Below are positions 25,343 to 36,485 of a DNA stretch of 64,000 nucleotides, piece after piece. The stretch's first letter is position 1. Every line of letters starts with the position of its first letter. The notes beneath the pieces are model-generated. The model ran no database searches. It saw nothing but the letters and a program-made list of their open reading frames with translations, and was not told the origin of the DNA. The position numbers and the translations under genes are program-made. Source of the stretch: Chiloscyllium plagiosum (lineage: Eukaryota); assembly GCF_004010195.1 (NCBI RefSeq), contig NC_057753.1:1066330-1130329 (forward strand). Reading direction: 5' to 3'.

Positions 25343-25614
25343 ACGTTATGTTCAATTCAGGGCAAGGGGAAGAGAGGAAATTATACACAGCTACAGTGGA
25401 GAGCGGGCCTTTGTGCATTCGAGTGAGCTTCAAATGACACAGGGATAAATGAGAGAAATAGAACATAGGACATAGAAGAATACAGCGCAGTACAGACGTT
25501 ATGTTCAATTCAGGGCAAGGGGAAGAGAGGAAATTATACACAGCTACAGTGGAGAGCGGGCCTTTGTGCATTCGAGTGAGCTTCAATTGACACAGGGATA
25601 AATGAGAGAAATAG
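25343..25614. repeat. 119-bp direct repeat flanking a 34-bp CR1 3'-tail fragment on the minus strand
   Basis: 25343-25461 and 25496-25614 differ at one base. The reverse complement of the spacer, ctgtactgcgctgtattcttctatgtcctatgtt, resembles the CR1 end at ~15072-15105. Confidence 0.9.
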
Positions 25615-25892
25615 TGGAATTAAGTTAGTATAGATACAGGGATGTGAAGAGGGAAGGGCACTGTGCTATTTAATTTTGAATTATTTGAGCCGAAGTGTTA
25701 AGGTGGTGGTTTGCAATTAATGCAGCGCTACTTGGACAGAGTGGGTCGGATGGAGAATGATTCAGGGATATGGGAACAGAGCGAGCAAAGCCCAATAGCT
25801 AAGTTTTTTCTTTGATGCAGAGGAGGACATAAGTAATACTTTCTTTACATCTGCTCTGTGCTTGTACTCGTCAGCGCTCATGAGTTCGCTGT

Positions 25893-26432
25893 CTTTCAGT
25901 TTCCTATTCCTCTGACCTGGCAGTAATCATGGGAACTCTTGAACACTGCAGCCAGCAGTCGACAGCTTTCTCGCACAGCTCTGAGTGCCAAAAGGGAAAC
26001 CATGTAACCTTGTCTGCAAAGCCTTGACAATTAACGTTGATACTTGATTCTGAGGAACGTGGACGTTAGCGACATATCATTGTGACATTTGTGCCATGCA
26101 CTTATTTTCTGTCGAGACCAGCAAACTACTGGAAATTCCCACGTTGCATCTCACACTTTGACATTGCTGCGTCGGTTTACGTCTCTATTTTTACACAACG
26201 TGAGCAGAAGAAGAATAATTTAAGCAACTGCTTTGCGCAACAATTATTTCTTCCTGGAAGTTTTGCTTTTCAACACAGTAATCACCCCATCATCTAATGC
26301 TGCAATCAATGAAAGCAGAAATACAGAGTTATCAGGAATTAGAGTTTACTCATGATATCCAAATTCATAAATGACCAATATCTTGAAAAACATGCAATCT
26401 TTCCTGACTTAACGGCGAATTACTTTCACTTC
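25893..26432. promoter_or_regulatory. Candidate inflammation/interferon-responsive enhancer (ISRE, NF-kB, C/EBP, STAT and IRF motifs)
   Basis: GGAAACTGAAAG (rc, 25893-25904), GGGAATTTCC (rc, 26131-26140), TTGCGCAA (26233-26240), TTCCTGGAA (26251-26259), GAAGTGAAAGT (rc, 26422-26432). Confidence 0.45.
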
Positions 26433-28089
26433 TTTACCAGCGCAAAACTGGAAATACAATGTACTAAGAATAATTCAAACGAGTATAGTTCTGTTATCAT
26501 CAGAGGAAATCGGAAAGAAAACTGCAGGAACAGCGTGAAACGCTTTTAAACATGAAAGAGTAATGTCGTATACTCATTACCAGTGATTGCGCGATCATTT
26601 ATTCAGAGCAACGCAACACGTGGATTTTTTTTTGTCATGTTACTTGCTTTCCACGATTGCAATTAGCTATCAACATAGTTCTCTACACTGTTAATGAATG
26701 GGAGGAGGGATGGTGTGCAGAAATTGTACTTTACTTCCACCTGCTATCCTCATTTGTGCACGCAGTTGGTAAATAAAATGATCAGTTTCTGGCGGCTTCG
26801 TGGGGACGGGGAGGTGAAGGGGGGAGTTTGGTCGTTGGCTTTGGTCGTTGACAGTCATTGTCTCAACATTTATCTTCAGTGGAAGTAGTATGGAAATAAA
26901 CATTGATGTGTTATATAAATGCAAAAACTTCCAGTCTATTCAAAACGCACGCAGTGAGACATACTATAGCTGCATCTGTTATCCCACAATTGTCGTGGAA
27001 ACAGAGATTGACGGTTGTGACTAAGTAACAAATTTGATGATGTTCAGCACTGACAGTCCATGTCTAACATGATTAAGACTTGGATAGTATCCATGCCTGT
27101 GCCGAGAAGTAGCGAGTAGCATTAAGCTAGCTAATGGCCATGTCCAGCAAGAAACAATCTTACCATCACTCCCTGACATTCATACCCACGCCATCACTGA
27201 ATACCTCACTAACAACAGGTTGAGATCTCTCGCTCTCTGTGTTTTTTAATGTGTATGTTTTTACATGAAGACACATCAGTGCTTCAGTCACGGAGGTCTA
27301 GACATGTTCATCGAAATTGCTCAATAAATAACAATGGATTCTTGCAATCTGAAGATGAAATTCCGACGTTTAAGATAGAAAGTCGAGACATCTGGACATA
27401 GGGCATTAGACGGGAGGGAAATATAACAGCAGAGATGGTTAAAGACGAATTGATATTGGTATGTTAAACAGTAATCTGTACAATGCATAAATTGCTGAAG
27501 AGATTTAGAGTGTGTGCACGAATGAGAATGACAGAAAGTGAGACAGAGATATGTGGTCCAGAGATAGAGATTGATGTTACTTCAGAAAACAAAAATTTCC
27601 AACAAAAAACTCAAAAATATTTAAGCAACGAAGGATAGTGTGACATGGTTGATTACGTTTTGTTTGACTTTCATTTTGACAAAATGGTAAATACTGAATG
27701 TCACCTGAAGTTATAGGAATCTAAATGCATACTGAGAACATCTAACTGTGCTGTGACAATTGATTTTTTACTTTTCCTAACTAAAGATTAAGGCTTGTTA
27801 TTACGTGTTGGTGCCTGAATATGTGAATTAATTAAACCCCGTATGTGTTCTAAGGCCTGAACAACAGAGACCAGGTCAGTGTTTCCAGGAAAATAATGAA
27901 CAGAGGTGCAGATGATGTTGACGGTGTTAAGTGTCGCTGGGTTGATGGTGATAAGTGTCTGCAAGTATGTGATATTAGGGGTGGTTTTTGGCTGAAATGT
28001 ACCCTTGTTCCCAAAGATGAGCGTTCAGGCATTGTACACTACAATCCACAATCCTCCAGCAGAGAAAGGAACCGTCATTTTCAATCTCT

Positions 28090-28330
28090 TTGAACATTTG
28101 TGTTCATTCAACTTTTTAAAAATTAGAGTAGCTCGTGTATGGAATTAACTTCCAGAGGAATCTTTAGATGCAGGTGTATTTACAACATTTTAACGGATTA
28201 ATGCATGAACAAGAAATGTTTGGAGGGACATGGTCCAAGCGTAGGCAAGTGTGGATTAGTTTATTTGGGATTTTGGTCGGCATGGACTGGTTGAACCAAA
28301 AGGTCTGTTTCTGTTCTGTATGACTCTATA
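28090..28330 (+). mobile_element. CR1 3' end fragment
   Basis: ggtcggcatggactggttgaaccaaaaggtctgtttctgttctgtatgactctat. Confidence 0.8.
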
Positions 28331-28639
28331 TTAGATCCTTAGTCTTGCATGATTAGTGATCAACATCCAACCGACTTTCCAAGACCCACGTTATTAGATA
28401 GAATTGAATTCAACCACTCTTCACCGGTTAAATTAGACCTCAAATTAGTACTGGTATTCCAGTTGAATGCACAAGTGTGTGACTTCTGATGTTGGTTTTG
28501 AGAAGCTCTTGAGGACCAAATGGAATGGACGGGCAGGTAAGTATACCAGTGGAAGATTGCGAATTCACATAGGTGGATGTCCACAGCTCGTGCAAAATCA
28601 ATATGTTTGTCTTCATTCAAATTAATTCACGCCACACGC

Positions 28640-30145
28640 TAACAAGAAGCGGTTAGAGGCACTCGATATTTCAAAGGCAGTGCCTTCTGATAAGACTGCA
28701 GCCATAGTATTGAGTACTTGATACCCAGAACTTGCCACAACTCTTGCAATGCATCTAGAACATTGGTATCTCCCCGAGAATGTGGAAAATTGCCTGAAGA
28801 CAAAAAGCAGGGCAAATCTAATCCGCCCAGTGACCAAAGCATCAATCTACCCTCGATGATCAGTAAAGTCATGGAAAGTGTTAGGGGTACTGCTAAAAAG
28901 CCGCAACCTACTCAGAAATAGCCTGCTCGCTGACACCCAGATTATCTTTCGCTCAGAATACACAATTACCAACCTCAGCACAGATTGGTTCAAACATAAA
29001 CAAAACAGCAGACTTTCAGAGGTAGCTGAAAATTACTGCCCTCAGCATCTGGCTGCATTTGACCACGTATGGGACAAGGATTCCGAGAGAAACTGAATTC
29101 AATATAATTCAGAGGGAAAATTCTCCACTGTTTGGGCATGTATCTGGCAGAAAGGAAGATGTTATTGGAGGTCAGTCATCTCAGCTCCAGCATATCACTG
29201 CAGGAATTCCAGACGGTAGTGCCCCAGGAACAAACTATCTTCAGCCGCTTCATCAATGAATTTCCCTCCATAATAAAGGAAGAACTGTGGACATTTGCCG
29301 ATGATTGTACAATGTTCAGCACCACTTGCAACTCCTCAGATATTGAAGTCCAAGTTCAAATACAACAAGACATGATCAATATCCAGGCTTAGTCTGAAAA
29401 GTAGAAAGTAACATTTGTGTTACAAAAGTGCTTGGTGGTGACCATCTCCAATAAGAGACAACCTAATTACATTGTCATTCAATAGCATTTCCAACACTGA
29501 ATCTCACACTAGCAAAAAATGTGGGTATTACCATTGACCATTGAGACTAATCTGGATTAGTTTTGTGAATACAATGGCCAAATCAGCTGGTCAGAGGTCA
29601 GGAATATTGCATCGAGTCACTTACCTCTGATTGGGCAGCACGATGGTTCAGCAGTGCTGCTTCACAGCAGCAGGGACCTGGGTTCGATTCCAATCTCGGG
29701 CGACTGTCTTTGTGGAGTTTGCACATTCTCCCTGTGATTGCATAGGTTTCCTCTGGGTGCTCCAACTTCCCCCCACTTTCCAAAAATGTGCACATCAGGT
29801 GAATTGGCTAAGCTAAATTGCCCATAGTGTTCAGGGATGTGTAGGTCAGGTGCCCTAGTCAGTGGAAATGTCGAGTAATGGGTTAGAGGAATGGGTCTGA
29901 ATGGAATGTTCTTCGGAAGGTCGGTGTTGACATGTTGGTCCAAAGGGCCTGTTTCCACACTGTGGGGATTTTATGATTTCCAGTAGGGATTCTACGATTT
30001 CTATGATTGTTCCAAGCTGTCCACAAGACCCAATCAGGCGCCTGATTAAACATTCTCCACTTGTCTGGATGGCTGCAGTTTCAATAACACTCAAGACCCG
30101 TCACACCGTTGAGGAAAAGACAGGCTGCTTGATTGTCACTACATC
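28640..30145 (+). mobile_element. Degenerate non-LTR retrotransposon RT fragment (second CR1/L2-group family), interrupted by an HE1 SINE
   Basis: SINLPSMISKVMES, AAFDHVW, VIGGQSSQLQHITAGIPDGS and FINEFPSII..WTFADDCTMFST. Confidence 0.8.
29632..30005 (+). mobile_element. HE1-type SINE nested in a LINE
   Basis: gggcagcacgatggttcag...gggttcgattcc...aagggcctgtttccacactgt. Confidence 0.9.
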
Positions 30146-30490
30146 AGTGACACGGTGGCTCAGTGGGTTAGCACTGCTGCCTCACAGCGCCAGGGACCCC
30201 GGTTCGATTCCAGCCTCGGACAACTGTATGAGTGGAGTTAACACATTCTCCCCATGTCTGCGTTGGTTTCCTCCAGGTGTTCCGGTTTCCCCCCACGATC
30301 CAAAGATGTGCAGGTTAAGTAAATTGTTGTGCTAAAAAAATACTCATAGTGTTCAGTGATGTGTAGGTTAGACGCATATCTCAGGGGCAAATGCAGAGTA
30401 GTAGTGGAATGTAGCTGCGTGTGTTAATAGTCGGAGGTTCGATGTGAACTTATTGGGCGAAATGGCCTGTTTCCATACTGTAGGGACTCG
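30146..30490 (+). mobile_element. HE1-type SINE
   Basis: acacggtggctcagtgggttagcactgctgcctcacagcgccagggacccc...ggcctgtttccatactgtaggga. Confidence 0.9.
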
Positions 30491-33104
30491 AAAAGAATGA
30501 TACGTTAGATACTCCATGAACACTCTCTACACCTATACAGTTACCCTTTTGAAGACTCTACTGAACTGAACAAGTAGATTGTGAGACCCTTGGGGTAGAA
30601 ACAGACAGAAATCTGGCGATTAGCGAACTGAGAGAGGGTTTATCATAGGGAGAAGTTGAAAGAATATGCATCGATAGCCCATGAGAGTGATGTCTTTTGG
30701 CTGTCGATGCAAAGAAAAGAAATCGAGACCCCAAAAATCCAGAGTAGTGATTTTCTGAGGAAGGTGAGGTGAGGAGATAAGAACTATTAGTGTTCAAACA
30801 TTGTTTCCGAGCAAGAGGGAGGAAAAGATGCTGTTTAGTATAAAGTTATTGCTCTGATAGTGATAGAATGAAGAAAAAGCAGTATTGCACAGAAACAGGC
30901 CCTTCACTCCACCAAGTAAAGGAAGCCATTGTATAGGAACTCTCTGAGGCAAGAAAGACCAAAAGGCGACGAACAGTACGGAAATCGCTTCCTTGAGAGC
31001 AGAAGACTAATAGACATTGATGATTTTGCAAATAAGATGTTAAGATTAACAACTGAGGCACATCTATCTTCATGTCGATATTTCGCTGAGGGTAATAAAC
31101 CAAGAAACAAACATCAGTCCTCATTAATTTAGCCTAAATAAGCCAATGAAATTCGAATATCAGTGTACATACACCATTCTGTGCAATCACTGAGGAGAGG
31201 GATGAGGAAGTAAAATAATTTGCTGAGGACGGGGACTGAGAATGCCCAATTATCTCGCCTGAGGAAAGGTTCCGACAGAAACCAGTGGTAGCGTGTAAAA
31301 TTCTCCCGCAGTCAAGAGAGAAAAGCAGACTAACATTATCAGTTAGACTTTTTATATGTTGTCGTGGAAAGGGACCGAAAATCTTGCCAGTGTAGTGATA
31401 GTTCCAAAAGGGATCGTGACAAAAAGGGCAGACATCAGATTGTAAGTATTTCTCTGAGGTAGAAAGGCGGAGAGACATGAAACAGGATGCCGGTCTGTCC
31501 CTGATAGAAAGCAACTGAAAGACAGACCTAATAGATAGATGTTCAATGGAGGAATAAACACCTGTATGTTAACATTCAGTGTTCAACTATCTCTGTAATG
31601 GTGGGGAACAAGGAAACATTTTGCTGTCGACAGATATTCCTATCGTAATAATTTTACTTGTTTGCGATTTTTTTTTAAAATAGTGGGCGAAAATGAAAAA
31701 GATCTGCTTGAAACACAGGGTTTTGCATGAATCATTGCATACTTTGAAAATAAGTGACACCTATTATTAACACTGTTCATGTGGCTGTGCGTTCCAGCAA
31801 TGTGGAAATGATTCTGATCCTAGGAGTTATTTACAAATGAAGTTGCTTGGTTTATGGAGCAGTGACGAGTTATCAATGACAAAGGTCCTCCGCTTGACAA
31901 CAAATATATAATTAGTCATCGGGTAGTTAAACAGGTTGGGCTGTCAACAAAACAGAGAGAAACTTTCTCATGTTATAAAAAAACCCCGCAGGGCTGCAGT
32001 AGGCAGACTCACTCTCTCAGATCTCTGCAATAAATCATTTCAAAACTGAATAAGACAGCAAATTTTTCCGTTGTCAGTCAATGTAAGTTGTAACTTTGAA
32101 TTGGGAAGCCAGAGACCCCGTACGCAAAAACCAAATGCCTTGGCCTCTTGCAAACCAATTGAAAGCATTCTGTGAAACGAATGCCGAGGAGAAGCCTCAG
32201 GATCAGCAAGAATCAACCCAAAAACATCTTGTAAACTGTGACGCGGGAACTGATTCCATCCACATCCTTTCTCTCTCTATGCCTGTGTGTTTGTGTGCGT
32301 GTATCAGGAGTTTTAAAGAGTTTAATTTTTTAACGTATAGTGTGATGCTGGTGGTATATAATTGCTTATCTGCTACTAGCATCTAATTAGCTAATAAATC
32401 TAATTTGCACATGTTCTTCTTGAGGATAGAAACCCGTTCCATGCTTTCCATCAATCTGGTTCTAAAAATTAAGTAGTTTATAGTTTTGTGTGTATACTAA
32501 AAGAAAAAAAGTAACTCCCAGGATGACTCCAAGAAGGCTGGGGCTTCATTTCGACTGTGTCGTGCAATGAGTGGTGACATCACTGAGGTGGAATACAAGA
32601 AACATCTATCAACACACAGTTACATATGTATGCATGTGCGTGTGTAGATGTACATATGCATTTTATTTATAGGTATATATATATAGAATATTTTATGCAT
32701 GCGACGATGCTGTCACTTTAAAAAAGGTATTTTGACCTTATTTTTGAAAAGAAGCTGCAAGGCAGAAGTTCTGAACTGACAACTGAAGACAATTTAAGTA
32801 AACAAGTTGTGAGGCATTTAGATATTGAAAAATTGGAAGAATGGAAGCAGCCTGATGGATGTGGTCAGTGATCACGGATCCAGATTTCTTGTTTTTTTTT
32901 ATCAGTAACTCAGAAGCTTTTTGGGTTCTCAAGAGCTCCAGTAATTGTCTCTTGGCTGCTACACTCTGAATTTTCTCTTAATGTTTCTTTCTCCTAAAGA
33001 ACTGCATGCGAGAATCTGTGTCTGAATTTACCTTTTTGCCAAATAATCTGTTTATGGGATGCTACGATATTGGAACAGTCAATTAGTAGTAGGTACTATA
33101 TCTA

Positions 33105-33945
33105 CTAGTGTCAAAGAGTTTTAGAGATACACAAGATGGAAACATATCCTTTGGTCCAACTCATCCCAGTCGACCAGATGTCCCAAATAAATCTCGTCCC
33201 GTTTGTCAGCATTTGGCACTTATGCCTCTAAATCCTTTCCACACCAAGATGCCATTGCAATATTGTGATTCTAAAAGTCCTAACCACTTCCTCTGGCAGC
33301 TCATCCAATTAATGCACTGTCCGATGTATGAACCAGGTTCCCCCGGGGTTCTTTTTAATTTTTTAACATCTCGTCTTAAACCTATGCCCTCTACCTTTGG
33401 ACTCCCCCATCCCCGAAAAAAAAGACCTTGTCTATTTACCTTATTTGTGCCCCTCATGATTTTATAAACTTCTTTCAACTCACCCATCGGCCTCCTACGC
33501 TCCAGAGAAAATACCCTAGTCTATTCAGCCTCTCCCTGTAAGCTCAAACCTTCCAAATCAGTTACCATTTTTGCAAATATTTTCTGAACAATTTCAAGTT
33601 TCACAACACCCTTCTTATAGCAGGGAGACCGGAATTGCACACGGCATTCCAATAGTGGCCTCAGGCATGTTCTGTACAGCCACAGCATGACCTCCCACTC
33701 CTCACTCGCCTATCGACCTGCGACTTCACTTTCAAGGAACCATGTATCTGCACTCCAAGTACTCGTTTCTTTAGCAATACTCAGCAGATCTTACCATTAG
33801 ATATATAAATTGTGCCCTGATTTGCCTTTCCAAAATGCAGCACCCCACATTTATCTAAATTAAACTCCACAGGCTAGTTTTCGCCCCATTTCCCAATCTG
33901 AACAACATTCTGTTGCACTCTGAAGTAACCTTCTTCGCTGTCGAT
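33105..33945 (-). mobile_element. CR1 LINE 3' fragment
   Basis: MGELKEVYKIMRG on the minus strand; colinear with 20826-21705. Confidence 0.9.
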
Positions 33946-33949
33946 TTAT

Positions 33950-34065
33950 TTGGTTAAGTTTTCAAGTAATGAAGTTATTCTAAATTCCTTTTTGTTTTGT
34001 TTGTATTTTAACCATAGCGTTTAAACACATTGTGGTTTGCTTAACTTCGAGTAATTTGACACGCA
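33950..34065 (+). mobile_element. Fragment of a Gypsy LTR related to 61010-61250
   Basis: aagttattctaaattcct...ttaac.tc.agta.tttgac is shared with ~61060-61140. Confidence 0.55.
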
Positions 34066-34609
34066 CTGTAATAAATATGTAACTCCGTGATTATTTCTTT
34101 CAATACACTACTTCTTCCAAACATTATTGCTTCATTATACATGGGAATATTTGGTTTGATTGCATAGACCATCTGATGTACAGTTCATCAGGCACCCTTT
34201 TTCCAATGTTAAATCAGGATAAAATAAACAACTGCAATAGCACCTACCTTAGAGCAATGGTCCAAATCTAGCTTTCTAACTACTCGATTGTCAGTGTGAC
34301 GCGTTAACAATAATATGGACAGATAACAACAAGAGACTACATAAATGTCTTATCTTGAAGCAAATGATGAATAGTTCCAAGTCGCAGTCACATTACACGT
34401 ATTTGTTTTTATAACTCTTTCCTTGATGATGAAGACAAAACATTCGTTTTGTCGTTTTCGCATTTTGAGCAGAGGTCATGCAATTACAATAAACTAATTT
34501 CTTTTGAAGATGCTTGGCTAATGACAGAAAATAAATAGGCGACATAATGGTTTTATGTGCAGTTAAACTTCCATGTAGGACTAATATCTAAATATATTAA
34601 TAGGTGGAA

Positions 34610-36485
34610 AGATAGATATAAAGGTAAATAGGTGGCTAGATAGATAGATAAATAGCTAAAGAGGGAGAGTCAAGCATCGCTACAGAACAGTAAACATTAT
34701 TGCAGTAAACTGACAGATTGCCACATATGCAAACGAGATGTACAATGAATTTGCGTGTGAATTACAATTTATATGATGTTTGTGGAAAATTCTTGGTTTC
34801 ATCTCCAGGTATGGAAATTTCAATGTTGTTTTGATAGCAGTTCTATTGCAGCTGGACCAACACATAATCACAAATATCAGGGCTTGTAAGTTGTAAGTGA
34901 ATCTAAGCTTATGACTTATTTATGCAATCTTTCAGATTGTGAACCACTGCCTCAGGCCATTCAGCACAAAGTCCAATTCTACCAATCTCTCATTGTCGAA
35001 AGGAGAACCCATATCCTTTGTCAGTATGGATCTTCATATGTGGGGCACACTTCAACTGATCATTTGCTTTTGCTATTGCTTTACAATTCTCTTCATGTAT
35101 GTTCAAAGATTTTCACACAGAAGGTCACAATCTTTCGTTTCACCACACTTTGAATATCTTTTGCCTCAAAAGTGTACGAACGTCTAATGTTTCTCTCAAT
35201 GCACAGATGATAATGCTCTGTGTCATATACATATAATCTTCATGTTATGAATTCAACTCCTTGATACTTTTAGATTTGCTTGAAGTAGTCCATCATCCCA
35301 ACCATTCATGTACATTTTTACATAAGTTCAAACTTGTAGATATAACTCCTGCAGAAAGCCAAAATTGCGAAATGGAATACAAGGAATTAAAACATCAGCT
35401 AGGAGCAAGAACAGGCTGTTCTACATATGAATATGTGCCATCAACGAGAATTGAACTTCGTCTAATTCCCTCAATCACTACCTGTATGATTTGAAATTGA
35501 TTTCCTGCAAACCTGGTCTAATATCCATTTTATACGTTCACATATCTCCGGTTCCAGCATTTTCATGACATGCAGATCCAGATCAATGTAATTTTCTATA
35601 TTAAACAGAAACCCAGCCGATCTGCATCTCTGTACGATGTATGAATGCAACTAATTACTTTTACACCTTACCTAAAACAAGTTATATATCTCTCTCCAAT
35701 TGGCAGCCAATTTAGTTTTTCATAAAGCAAATAAGCCCACCTTCTCAACCCAAACGTCATGGCTACATTCTCTCATAGCTGGAAAATTCTGAGAAGACAT
35801 GTGCGCATGTGCTCAGGGATCACCATTTCTTGACCTTGATTAATGCTTCAAGTGACGAGTTTTTCGAAGTACCCAATTATATGATGAGATTCATCATCAG
35901 AGTATGGAAAATTTCACGTGAACTGACACCTGATTCATGTTAGATTGTAATGTGAGGTCAGGCTGTTCAAAAATATAATGACACTCGATGTCCTGCAGGC
36001 GAAGGAAATCGTAATTCTTAAAAAAGTCATTTATTGTCAGATGGAATTGGTAGACAGTTTCTGCTTTTTTACTTAAAGTAGGAGGTTACAAGTTTTGAAA
36101 GTCTGTTTGCAATAGCACATTATCTGCTGCAGAGTGGGACTGGGGATCCATGTAACCAATAAAATCAGGGAGATGAGCAAGAAACAGAAGTATCAATGTA
36201 TATAATAACTCAATATATCTAAGTCTTTTTCACCATGCTTGATGCCTCGATCATCTTTCTGTGAGGCTGGATGTGATTCCGGGACACAGAAAGTGAATGT
36301 CATTGCATTATGCACTGCCCAGAGCAGTCGTGCTGGACTGCGATAAAGAGAGTAATGGAACGATGCTGCACCAGTGCAATCAGCACAACAATTTCATTGA
36401 GATTGACATCACCCATGAGCATAATGGAATAGGGACGAGTCTTACGTTTGCATATCAGTGGAGAACAGTCAATCATCATGAATTT
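34610..36485 (+). repeat. Dispersed duplication copy B of the GPCR upstream region, truncated by CR1 just before the TATA box
   Basis: Colinear with 1-64 plus 2441-5265. Lacks the CR1, the internal duplication and about 4177-4667. Homology stops at tcatgaatt (36485). Confidence 0.92.

Noticed and set aside
30520..32580. Possible decayed LTR-element internal region and LTR
   Set aside because: Only one weak RT-like motif (ASVVIVPK at ~31387) and purine-rich composition; too little to call.
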